The position numbers and the translations under genes were made by a program. The notes under the pieces are model-generated. The model was not told where the DNA came from, searched no databases, and worked only from the letters and a program-made list of their open reading frames with translations. A stretch of DNA of 64,000 nt. Origin: Phoronis australis (taxonomy: Eukaryota > Animalia > Phoronida). Location of the stretch: assembly GCA_002633005.1 (NCBI GenBank), contig NMRA01000381.1:369057-433056 (forward strand). Direction: 5' to 3'. Positions 24,746 through 37,400 of this stretch are shown here, one piece after another. How positions within the stretch are numbered: the first letter of the stretch is position 1; every line of letters starts with the position of its first letter.

Positions 24746-25153
24746 GAGCTACAGCGAGTAGCGATATGCCACCGTAGTTGTTTCCGTCATCCGTGGGCCT
24801 TGCTTGAGTAGCGGATATATAATTGCAGCACATCAAGTTTGTAGTTATGCATCTTCTTGCATAATTTTGTTAAAATATTTTTATTCTGTGTTGTGAGTTG
24901 CAAAACAAAGATTTCAGCAGTGCACTCGGAAAGCTTCATTTGTAAATAGTCGAATATTGCACTAAGGCGTAATGAATTGTTTGTAAACCGATGATTCGGG
25001 TGTGACCGCGTAACATCATGTAGAAAGAAAGAGACAACAAAGATTACAGGGATTTTCTCATGACAAAGCAGGGGCGAAATGTGAAAAAACATATTCGATA
25101 ATTCCCGCAAAGCCGAGTGCCAAATTTGGCGGCGACAGGCCCGAATAAGTGTA

Positions 25154-26718
25154 TCAGGTGTCCCAAAAAGTAGGCCACTTTTTGACAAGTAATTTTTCAG
25201 CAATTGATCAACCAAATTCGTTCAAATTTTTCACAATGTATGTTCAGGGTATCGTTAGTACGTCTATAAAGTGTCTCAGAGAAATATAAAGAATTATGGA
25301 AGTACTGTGAAATTCAAAACAGCGGGGTGAAAAATGCAATATCACTGTGTCTTTCATCGTGTTCATGCTGGGGTGGCTTCTGTCAGTCAATAAAATTGCC
25401 TGCCTGGGTGTCAAGTCTGCTGTTTTTTATTGCTCATATCGGTTCTGTCCAATCTGTTTGAAAGCATGACTTTAAATGAAAGCGATTAATTTACAATTAA
25501 AACCTATTTCAAGGAGAAAGAGTGGAGCGGGAGAAGAATCGTACGGGAGTTACCAGGGAAAGGGTGGAGTCGTGCGACTGTAAACAGACTTATGCTAAAA
25601 TACGGAACACAGGGTCTGTTGCGTGTAAAAGTGGCAGTGGGAGACCCAGGACTGCATGTTTGAAAAAAAACGAGGTTAGTGTTGAGGAACTGATTCAATA
25701 CCAGGAGGACAACCCGGGGAATCACATTTTTATCTCTGAGACAAGTCGCAAAGGATTTACAAGTGACCAAGATAGTCTTCTGTACAAAGAATGCCGAAAA
25801 ACAGGAGTTAAGACCCTTCAAAAGAATGTGGGTAACACGGAGAGATCAAAATATTAGAAGGAAAAGAAAAACTCGATGCCGCTACTTGCATGAACGCTAT
25901 TCAACCACTGATGTGAACAGTATCAGTTTCACTGATGAAAAAGACTTTACGCTAGAGATCGCTAAAACTATCGTGTTTATGGGAAACAAAAACGAGAAAT
26001 TTAGCCTTCTCGACTCTATCATGAGACTTCCAGATTTTCAAAAAAGTAATAGTTTCCGCTGGAGTATCATATGACCGAAAAACAAATATTCATTTTATTG
26101 ACACTGATGGAGCCAAAGTTCACAGTCAACGCTACATGCAGTTATTGGATGAAAATCTTCTCACGGATCGCAGGCAACTTTATCCTGGAAACAGTTACGT
26201 GTTTCAGCAAAATGGGGCTCCTTCACACACGAACAAGATAACCCAGGCTCATCTGGGGGAGGCCACACCAAAATTCAACAAAAAAGTATGAGTAGCCTCC
26301 GCTCAGCTGGACTGCAATCCAATGGACAATGCTATATGGGACTCTCTGAAGGAGAAACGGGGAATGAGAAGCAAATTGACTGAGCAGGAGTTAAAAGACA
26401 GGATAATTAAGTCATGGGAGGAAATCTCGATATGGAAGAAATGTGGAAAAGCATTTCTGGTAGAAAGAAATGGCTCCGTTTAGTCGTGGAGGAAGATGGA
26501 GGCCACATTGAGCAAATAAGGGAGCTTTCCTTTGATATTTTATTTTTTGAAATGTTTTTAATTTGACGGTACTCGCACAATTGCACACAGATCTCTTTGA
26601 TATTTTGTACATTTGTTGATGATATCCTAAGGTTTACCTGTAAGAAATTAAAAAAATCGGTTTATCCGTTGCTGCGAAATTACTAGTCAACAAGAGGCTC
26701 ACTTTTTGGGACACCTGA
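25154..26718 (+). mobile_element. Full-length defective Tc1/mariner element (maT/DD37D-like)
   Basis: TIR TCAGGTGTCCCAAAAAGT at both ends, TA TSD; transposase pseudogene ~25467-26515 with GSGRPRTA, FTDEKDF, YVFQQ(N)GAPSHT and DCNPMD; stops and frameshifts. Confidence 0.92.
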
Positions 26719-28450
26719 TATGCGATACGATGGAAGCCGGAAGGAGTGAAATTAAGCAGACAGACTGATGTCACCAAGGCCAAAGGCCAGTACAAGTTGG
26801 CCAGCCTCCCTCTGCGTCCGAGAAAAAACTGCCCTCGAGAAAGAAAGAACACTTCGAGTCTAAAGGTGCACTACCTGGGACAAAGGCGGTGCCGAAATGG
26901 GCGCACCGAAGGTCTGTAGTGGGGAAGGGAAGACGGAATTCGTGTGAACTTTCCCTGTTATCTTATAGATTGTATCATAGAACTGATATGAAGAAAATCT
27001 GTGCGTAATCGAATGTCTAGAATTCAATTGGTTACCAATTAGCATTTGAGGATAACTAACCGATACTTAAATTGACCACACTTATTCGCATTATTTCAGC
27101 TGAGCGTACTTTCGGGATAATTACCAGGAGCATTTGGTAACCAAGGATGTCATGGGTAATAACGCAAGATTACCTGAAGATGGTACTGAAACGTGTGGAA
27201 CCTAGCGCAAACCTGGAGTCGTTCACTGTTGATGAGGGTGGATCAGGTAAATGCAGTTTGCTCATTCCATCCTCTGACGTCACACCCAAGACATAGTTTG
27301 ACTAAACTATCTGCTTCCCTTCTACTTTCGGACTGCAGTTTACTGTCACCAAAGTGTATTAATTTTGCTTCTTACGAAAACGGATCCGAGTTTTATTTAT
27401 TTAGTTAAAAATGCATATTTTGTTGCTGAAGTACTTCCGATGGTGTCTTTTCGGTTGAGCATGCCTACATAAAACGTCAAGCATCCTTACTTATTACTTT
27501 GGACAAACGTAGGTGTTGGGAATAGAGCAAACAGAGAATGACTTGTGTCAAAATCATCTTCCAGACCAGTGAAGCCAACAACCTCGGCTTATGTGGACTG
27601 CATTTCACGTCAGCTAAAATATAATCGTTTGCAAACTACCAATCCGTACAATGTTCTGAATAAGGGACGGCTAGTCATGATGGCAGTGGTTATGGATTTT
27701 GGGCCAAAAGTTGTCGGCTGATGATAAGACCGCCGATTCAAAATTCCACCTCTTGGCTTGGATGCAAGCGAAGAACCTTTTCGTCGTTTAGCTCGTTGTT
27801 GACTTTTTAACCGAAGCTCCTTGTCGTTTAAAAACACCATATTCATCCAATCTTGAATTGTTGTCAAACGAGCCGACAAGTGAAGTTACAGGCAATGCGT
27901 ACATGAACCATTTTCGAATTACCAATTTTAGGTTTGGCCAACCCCAATGAACATTGGGTTTTTTTAAAGTCGCTCATGGTTTCTATGTACTTGTTGGTAA
28001 CGGACATAGAACCCAATGACTATAAGGAATATTATGAGACCGACTTCATGAGAGTTCACGCCCTAATTCGATTTTCGATTTCCATTTTAGCCAGATAAGC
28101 AGGGCGACATGCAGCAGTTTTTCTGAAGCATCTCGTTTTATGCATTACTTAAAAGTGTCGCTTTCGAAATTGCGACTTTAGGATTTACAAACCCCAATAA
28201 ACTCTGAGTCGTTATCAATGTTCTTGCTGGTAAGGAGAATAAAGTCAAATCACGGCATGAAATATTGCTGCGATACCAATTTCAAGAGAATAAAAGGCCT
28301 ACTTCTCTTTTCGTTTTTAGCTAGCCAAACTAGAGTTGAAATGCGGCTTCAAATCTTTTTTAAAGTTTGGCCTGTCTTTATCGCCAGACTTTTTATTATG
28401 TCGGTCCCTACTCATTACTGCGTTATATGGTCTTTCACTTATCCTTTCAG

Positions 28451-29610
28451 AACAACAACACTTGAGTGCTCCCCTGAAAGTGACCGTAAATATCAATAAA
28501 GGAAGCTCAAGTGTCACTTACCTATGGGTCGTCAAAGTAGATCAGATGGGATCAGATGCAATGACAAAGTTTATAAGAAGCAATAACTGGTTCAAGAATG
28601 AAGTGGATGTATACAGTAAACTGGTTCCTGCCATGAAAGCTATACAAGAGGAGCGTGGAATATGTCCCGTCATGCCATCGATTCCAGAATTTGTGTTCGG
28701 AACAACTGGGCAGGACGTCGAGATGGTTTTCATGAAAGATTTGAGCACCTCTGGATTCATTTCCTGGGATATAAAAAGAGACATGGATTTCGAGCATTGC
28801 AAATACGCAATGCAAGAGTTTGCGAAACTTCATGCTCTAGGTTACCTTCTGAAGGGCAATGACAGGTTCTCGTCGCAAGAACTGAAAACACGTTTTCCAG
28901 TTGTAACATCAGAAAAGGTGATGACTGAAAATTTTATGAAGTGGTACATTCCATTTTTCAGCAAATCTTTGAACGCCGTTGTGGATGTGGCGGAGGAGAT
29001 GCTGACGGAACAGGAAGTGGTTAAGAGAGCGCAAAAACTACGTGATCGCAAGTTGATATCTACGTGGGAGTCCTACTGCCTTCGAGAGGAGCCCTTTGCA
29101 ACCATTTGTCACGGAGATCTGAAAAGTTCTAACATGTTTTTTCGTTACGATAACCATGAAAACTCCCGCGGAGAAAAGAACAAAACGCCTTCATCAATTT
29201 GCATCCTGGACTGGCAGTTGACACGTTACGCTGTGCCTGCTACAGACCTGACATATTTTCTTTACTGTTCCACTGGGCGTAACCTACGACAAGAAAAAAT
29301 TGATGAACTTATCCTCATCTATCATACCGCATTCAGTCATTACTTGAAATATTTGAACATCACCTTTCCTGAATACGGTTTGGAAACACTCAAAGATCAC
29401 GTTAACAGATCGAAAACCTTTGCAATATTTCACGCGCTGTTCGTGCTACCCCTTGTCCTGGCCAAGCCCGAGGATCACCTGGAGCTGGCGTTATGGCAAC
29501 CAAATTCTGAACACGCACAAAGTATGGTAACAAATGCCCTTCGGAAATCAGAGGCACTAACGCGTGTCCTCGATTTGTTGTATGACGCTATATCTACAGG
29601 GTTTTTGTAG
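28451..29610 (+). CDS. Ecdysteroid kinase-like (EcKL/CHK kinase-like, APH/ChoK superfamily) protein; 5' end unresolved
   Basis: Open frame 28336-29610 with WVVK, F.NEVDVY..LVP, MKDL..SGF, FAKLHA, Brenner motif ICHGDLKSSNMFF, ILDWQL and PATDLTYFLY. The first ~45 codons of the ORF look non-homologous; candidate acceptor at 28450. Confidence 0.85.
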
Positions 29611-30470
29611 TTGAAGTTTGCTCATTTGTAAATCAAAATAATAAGTAAATCATTTGATGTTTCGAAATTAAGTGGTCAAGTCGCGTTAGCAAGGGGTTCC
29701 GTTGTTCGAACTGAAGCCATGGAAGATCTCAAGTCAACAAAGAGGTCGGTCTATGTTGCCTCAAACAATAACATTTCAGATCACTCTATTATTTGAAAAG
29801 ACAGACAGAATGTCGCTTTTGTTAACTGAGATTTCACAGAAAAATTTGAAGAACATTTCTGAGATTTAAAATAACGCGGATATTTTGAAGGAAAATATGC
29901 AATATTGAAGCTAAAAAATTTGACGTCTAGTTACACACGTGCATTACTACACGAGGAGCCAGTTTTATTGTCCCATGCAAATTGGAACACAACTCTCTTG
30001 CGATACCTTTTTCTACCTATGTTTTCAGAGATTACTATTTCATCTGTTGTATATAGTTTTTCATACCTTTTACCAGTTGTACCTCTACGTTGTTACATTA
30101 TAAACGGCCCTTGTTGCTAACGCATGGTCTCCTTGGAAACGGCTTTTGACACTCTTTTATGGGACATATGTCGAACATTAATGGAGTGTCCAAAGCTGAA
30201 AATTGATTCTGGACGTAAAGCATTGTATTGTTTTGCCTAAAACATAGGCTTTCGTTCTCATTTTGCGAAAAAATAATGCATGTCGTCAAAAAAAATTAAG
30301 AATTAAATTACACAAGTGAATCAATATTGGAACAGTGAAAAACTGAATCACAGCTATTCGACCGAATGATGCCTTTTTCTTTGACTGCATTTCTAGATGA
30401 TATTTTTCCAATAATTGTATTGTTACAGGTATTTAAAATCATTTTATAACTTTAAAAGCATGAACAATTG

Positions 30471-30620
30471 CAGGGGCAGGATTTCGAGTTAGGGGGAGCC
30501 TGGGCAGAGTATTAGCCAGGATTTTGTCCGTCGAACATTCGCACCCCCGAACTGCCAAATGTAATCTAGGAGAATTTTAGGGAGGGGGGGGGGCATGGCC
30601 CCTCTCTAAATCCGCCACTG
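30471..30620 (+). mobile_element. Short hAT-like MITE related to family A
   Basis: CAGGGGC... / ...ATCCGCCACTG termini; similar to 2478-2640. Confidence 0.65.
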
Positions 30621-31436
30621 CATTACTAGTAAGTTTAGCTAGGGTATTTTAATTAAAAGTTCGTCGTTTGAACGCAAAGCGTTTTAACGGGACATTTTAA
30701 CGTGTCACACCCAAGCATATAACTACCATAGATTAAAAACATCATATATGGTAATGCTTTTCCTTTGAAAAGGAAATGACGATTCCGCACATGCGGAATA
30801 TTGTTGCAGCATGCAAATACACACGGTTAGTATCATTTCGTGTGACAATCGGCAACTGCCGTTCAACTCCGTTCAAGTTTATGAGTGTACTAATCGCATT
30901 TAAGCTAAACTGTTTCAGTAAAATTATAAGTGAATCCAACTTATGAGAGAACTAAACTTTATTGTAAGAAATGCAAATTGTTATTTGCACCAAGAATTTA
31001 TGCAATGCAGTCTCTCTTACTTGCACCAAGAATGCATGTTACAGTCTCCCGCACATCTCACCAATCCAAAGAGGCGACTTTTTGCAAAGCTGGATTTCAG
31101 CACTGAACATTTTGACAACTCGTATACAAGGCTAAGGCTGAAAAATTAGTCTAAAGTTACTTTCTGTTTCTCCTTTAACCATTCCGCGTAAGTTATGTTG
31201 AGTTGTTTTTTGGCGCTGGACCTTCTAACCTCTCTTGTCCATCGGTCATGCATTAAGGGTGAAGTGATCGGCCGCCATTCTGGTTTCTCTTCCTTAGACG
31301 TCTTTGTGAGCTAAGTTGAAATGTATGGTTGATGTACTTGTATCTCGACCTTTTTGCCATGGGTTAGGTTGAAGTGTATTCGGAGGAGGAGGGCAGATTA
31401 CAATGCTTGGCTAAGTCCGTCTTCTACAGTCCCGAA

Positions 31437-34400
31437 TCAGGCCGAACTATTTAATACTAGGTCTTCTAGTTTCTCTTCCAAGTATTCGTGGGTTAGGTTG
31501 TGTCTGGTGATAAGTCCTTTCATCTGAAAGTACGAATATATTCAACACGGTAGTGTAGTATATTCGCAAAACAAGTGATTTTCTAAACAGAGGTGTGCCA
31601 ATCATAGTTAAATTTCGACCTTCTGGCTATCAAACAGAGGAAGTTAGCTTACCTTGCCTAGTGCGTCTAGAACCGGGAGATGGCGCAATCCCATACTACG
31701 AAACAGGTTGAACACTTGAGAGACGGGAGTATTAGACAAGACCGTATAAGGACTAGCATTCATGTATGGCGTTACATCCTAAAATGATTGGGCAAAAGTC
31801 GCTGTGAAATACAGTTTAAGGGTAGTCATAAGTGAAACGTTGATTAGCAATCATGAAATCAAAGTTACTGGAGTATACAGTCGAATAATTCGTTGGTTAA
31901 AAATTAAAAACAAAAATAAATTGCCCAAATCTTGGGAGCTGAAAATCAACGATCCATAAATTTACCACAAGAATAGCTGCAAGTTCAACGTTGCTCCTGC
32001 ACCTATCACTGTTTAGCACTAAATGTTACTTTTTAAGACATGGAAATTTCATACATAAAACATAACTTCCACGATTGTATACTTATTTGGAAGACAAATT
32101 CCATCAGGATGCAAGTGAATACGCTTAGCTGACCAACTGAAAACTTGAAAGTGATTGTCCATACCGTTAGTCTGCACGACGTTCAGTCACACTTTGACGT
32201 AAAATAAAGGGAAAATGCAACGTACTTACTATTACAGAATCGGTAGAAAACTGACTGCTGTCAATGTCATATATGTCGGGGTACCTTGGATAAAATGATG
32301 TAAATTCTGCATATGAAATTTCCGGTTGACAGTCAGCCTAAAATATAAAGAGCATTTAGGCTGATCCATTGAGCTGGTTACGGCCGAACACAGATCATGA
32401 AGAATAATTTCATGCAGTTATTTATGTTAAACAAGAAAGATGAGTTTTGATAAATATGTATATTCAACTTCATCCATTTCCTAAAGATTTTATTTTTCAA
32501 AACGAATCTTTGTTCTCCACAAGATATTCAGAAAGATAACACTATTTGGCTATATTGCACTACTGTCACAACTCGGAGATGGTAAAAATGATAAAGGGAG
32601 GTAAAAAACCTCACATGCCCACGTGCTGCTGTGCTGTTGTTTGGGTTAAGCGGTCATGTTTCAATCGAAATTTGTGGTTGCCGGGGCCCTGCTTTGCGAC
32701 ATTCCAGAGCCGCCAGTGAACACCATACCAGGTCGACACTTTTGCTGCCGCTATTCATTGAATTAAGTATTACAGACAATCGTGAAAAAACTTACTGAGT
32801 CACGTTCTTTGTAAAAAACACCCTTTTTCAACAAAACAACCAAATCACTTCTTAAAATAATTCCATGAAAGCTAAGGGTGACTTCAGCATTTGCTTCTGT
32901 ACCGCTGTTAGTGACCGACGGTGACGTAACTGCCTCCAGCCTCTACAATACATAGTCATTATTTGTACCGCAGTAAAGAGAGCACATAGGGGATTAGTTT
33001 AAATATGCCACTGAAAATGTTCAACCTCTGCTTTAAAATCAAGGATTATCGTATAGACAGGTAGATCCAGGCGATTTTTACGATGTGTCATGAGAGACAA
33101 TGGACATTAGAATTAACTGTGCGATCGCTATACGTTATTTCCCAACACATGACCAAGTGGAAAAATGTTATTGCATCACGAAACAAATCAGAAATACAAT
33201 GGCTGCTCCCATTCACCAACATCTCTCTTCAGGCACCAGGCACCCAATAACATATTGTTGTCAGCGGAGGAACGATGAAAATGTGAAGGCAACCCACTCC
33301 TGTTGGCCACCACGTTCGCCATCTCCAGCTCCCTTCCGACCGCCTCCCTACACCGTTCATTGGCTTCACGATGGTTCGGCAACTCATAGACTACAAATCC
33401 TTTAAAAATAACCATAAAGCCATTGTGTTCTATAGACACGGCTTAAACATTTCGCATGTTTTCAATATCAGGCAAAACATTCAAGGGAGTTGACAACGGG
33501 AAACAAATATACCTGGACTCTACCACTTGATGCTGGTACGTCAAAGTCATCTCTAGTGACCACAGGATAGGCGTGGTGTGCAGTGGTGCGTAATATGTTG
33601 ATGATTGTCTGAACTCTAGAGTGGGGATAGACATATTTCAGTTCCTTGCTCATGATGTCCTTTGCTCTCATTCTGTAACAACGATAATCGGAGGAGTTAG
33701 GCAGCAGTTATACATAGAATTGTGTTTAAATACACGCCAGTGTTGTCTATTTACAATTTTATTGGACACTCGCTCAAACTTGCGATATATTTGTCAATCA
33801 TGCAAGTGAGTTTCTATTCGAATTGTAGACAAAAGTGCCATGCGTTTAACAGTTCTAAAACAGAGGATGTAATTATACACAGTCACACTGGGCCAATAGT
33901 AGGTAAGCTGTTACTCAAAATATCTTGTGAGGAACTATTAGGAAGTAAGATACCTACAACTCAACTTTTGGAGGGGCTTCCCATTCAAGTAATGGAACGT
34001 TTCGTAACTTTATATGAATATCATATAAGCCTTCTGTGAATAAATCGCCACTCCACTTGGCAACCTGAAATTGTTAAAAATAAAAGTCATTTTATGTATA
34101 TCTTTAGGCTTTTTGCTCCTAACATGGTCTTCCGTTTAACCATAATTATGATACAGGACCATGTGTAACATGGAAGCCAAAGCAAGCCAATGATTTTAAA
34201 AAGATTCGTTAATCAACTTGCCATAGTCGCTAGAGCTTTTTGTTTAATAAAATCTCTTGGCAAACATGTTGCAAAATACACCAATCTTAGAGAGAAGCTG
34301 CGACGATCCACAACCATTGAGGGACAGATCGTCCACGTCTAATACGCACCATCAACACGAGCATTATCGGCAGGCCGTAGCTTATTTCATTTGTGGACTC

Positions 34401-37400
34401 TATCAAGATAACAGTCAGACTGATGGTCATGCGTACAACTCCCCCGAGGAAGGCTGCCGCGCCCACAAGGGCAAATGTTCCGGAATATATCCTGGGGTAG
34501 CCTAGAACACTATCAAAGAGAGGACAGTTTATCAGTTGTTTGGTGTCGGAATGAGTTAACAAAATATCAGAAAGTAATGTAATTAGCAACTAACCTATTA
34601 TGTAACCTTAGATCAATACACATCAGTGTCCGATTTACATTTTCGGTCACGGGAGTTTCACTCATTCAGGTTGCACAAAGTACGTATTTCCAAAGAAAGG
34701 CGGTTTTTTCGTCAGAGAGTTCATTTATTGAAGGGTGGGGTCAAATTGTCTGAACCCCACGAGGTCCGCCATTGCACCTTGCGGTTGATAGCAGCAATAC
34801 CAACCATACAATTGTCCAAATGGTGATTATTATCATATCGTACTTAATCTAAATCGAAAGCCAATTTTAATAGATAAAAATGGAACATTCTTAATCATCA
34901 TCAAATTGATGAGAATTTGTCTTCCGTTTAGTGACCGTGGGGCCGCTCACAGTGAAATTTGACAACACAACTCATCACTGGGGGGGCACACATTATCTCC
35001 CGCATTTTGATGTTGACTGGACCATGGTCCCGTTTCATCAAAGAACGCATAGACAAGAAAGCCAAACTTTTGAAAATACTTAACAAGTGTTTGTTAGGTG
35101 GCCAACAACTTATTAAGCAGTAGATGAAAATTACCATCTCGTCTGAATACGGATTACAAATTTTCTTTCGTAAGTTAAAAAAAAACTTTGCCACAGTCTC
35201 AGTCAATTGCCAACGAAACATCTTCGCTATCGCCGGTCGGCCATACTAGACCAACAACATATCACAAAACGAGCCCTTAATTGTCAATACAAATGGGCGA
35301 CATGCATAGGACGTTTCGAATCAACGTTTTATTCAAAACAGGAACGCTTTCTATCAACCAGTGTGTAGACAAGGTGCACTCACTTCACTAACAGAGTAGC
35401 TACAAATCGACCAAAAGCAGCTCCACAAAGAAGTGACGGCACGAACAGACCACTTGGTATAGACGCACCGTATGTCCAGCACGCCAGGAAAAAGAAACAA
35501 ATAAAGAAAATCCCAAGAGTAGTTAAGCTGAATGTTCCTGAAAGAAAAATTGCATAAATGACGAAAACGGTCTTATAACTCAATGATAGTATCATCAGCA
35601 ATGAGCAAGAATTCAGCAACCCTGTATTAACACAAATATGTATGCAGCGCAAAACGTTGAAATGCGCCAGCGACTGCTCCGCAAACGGTATGCTTCTAGG
35701 AGTGTTTATGAGTATTATATAATACATAAAATACAAGACTGGTTCCAAAATCAACTTCATAGGCCAAGAACCTCCTATGCTGAATTTTGGAGCGCATTAG
35801 TTGTAAAATGCCGATGTTGTCGGAAAAAATCCGGTCGGCCACGTTTTCACAAAGCCCACCCCACTGTCAGTATTGATATTGTTAGTTAGTCAAGGATACC
35901 AAAGTAAAGGCAAGTGTTCAAATCACTTCAGTAGAAGCCCTGATACCAGTACAATCGTAAATTATTAGTATAACCGATCACCACGACATCGGCAGCCCAG
36001 CGAAGCTGAAACCCGAAGGCTAAAAGTTAGAACGCAGAATATACATTAAATGGATCCATTCGAAAATTGGAACGTGTGGTAGCTTCCTTAATAGATACCT
36101 ATTTGCCAAAGTTCATGAAACCCCACTAAGGAACGCAGTAGACAAAGAAGCATACGCAAAGAAAGCCTAAGCTGCTGCAACTAGGGGGAGGCCAAAGTAG
36201 TTTGACCCGTCCGAAAATCAACGTCAGCTCATCTCCAAAGTAACACATCTGTGAAATTTCATAAAGATCCTTGGAGCGCTTTGGCGGACAGAGAACTGGA
36301 CAACAAAAACATCAGCAAAACAATAGAAATGACCAATACGGATGAAAATGGGAAAGTGCCATAGTCTCTACAACAAATCTATTTGCCAAATTTCATGAAA
36401 ATCCGTCCAGGAACTCGTAAGATGTAGATTAGAAGCTATAGCGTAAAAACAGTAAGGCATAGCGGTGGTCAAATCCCTTAGAAACTTCGTTCGTGTCGTC
36501 CTATTCAAAATAGGAACATGACTGCAAAATTTCACAATCATCCATCGAGATACAGCGGCGGACGCCGGACGGACGGAGGACAGCATAATCATGCACCAAC
36601 ACACAGGCACACACTAGCACGCGCACATATGTATGGACACATAAGAACATACGGACCTTCACAAGATCTTTACTATATGTACCTTAGTGTTTTAGTTACC
36701 AACGTACCTTCTTGATGAAACAACTGCTTTATTGCGATTTCTTGAGGGTTGAAGAAAAGTGTCGCCATGTCGTTATAGTAACCGTCGGGACAGAAATACG
36801 TGCGAACCCCTTCCGACGTAGAATTACTATTAGACTAAACAAAACAAAATATTGACATTACAACCTGAACATTAATATTCGAAAGTGACAAAGCGCAGTT
36901 GCTGTAGGAACTATGTTGTCCGTGCATGATTATCAGCGGTGGACAAGTCAATACTAGATGCCTAACACTTGCAATGTTATGACTTCGAATCCAGGTTCGC
37001 AGGGCAAAACCTCATTCTCTTGGCAAGCGATTCTCCGCTACACTGACATAACCACTTGTGACTGCGGCCGAGGAGGAAGAAAGGTTGGAGATCAACTGTA
37101 GCCACCCAATTTTTAGGTTGCAAATATGAGATGCCACGACGGATCAAAATGGACAACTTAATTCAGCTCAAGTTAAGTAAATAATATAAAATAAGAATGA
37201 AGGGGCTTATTAAGCCAAAAATAATACATGTGAGGATCATTAAGCCAAAAATAGTACATGTGAGGCTCATTTACCCACAAATAATACATGTGAGCTCCAT
37301 TCAGGAAACAGAAGCCAAGCAAAACAAGTGTTAACTTGTATCATTTCGTGGCTCGAATCTTGTGACTCGCAAACTTATTAAATTACATTCGACACTATCG

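Noticed and set aside
33215-33400. Possible extra CLCN6 exon in the CBS1-CBS2 linker ([12 protein letters not shown]...)
   Set aside because: I found no strong phase-compatible splice pair, and 33513 joins 32942 cleanly; it remains possible as an alternative exon.
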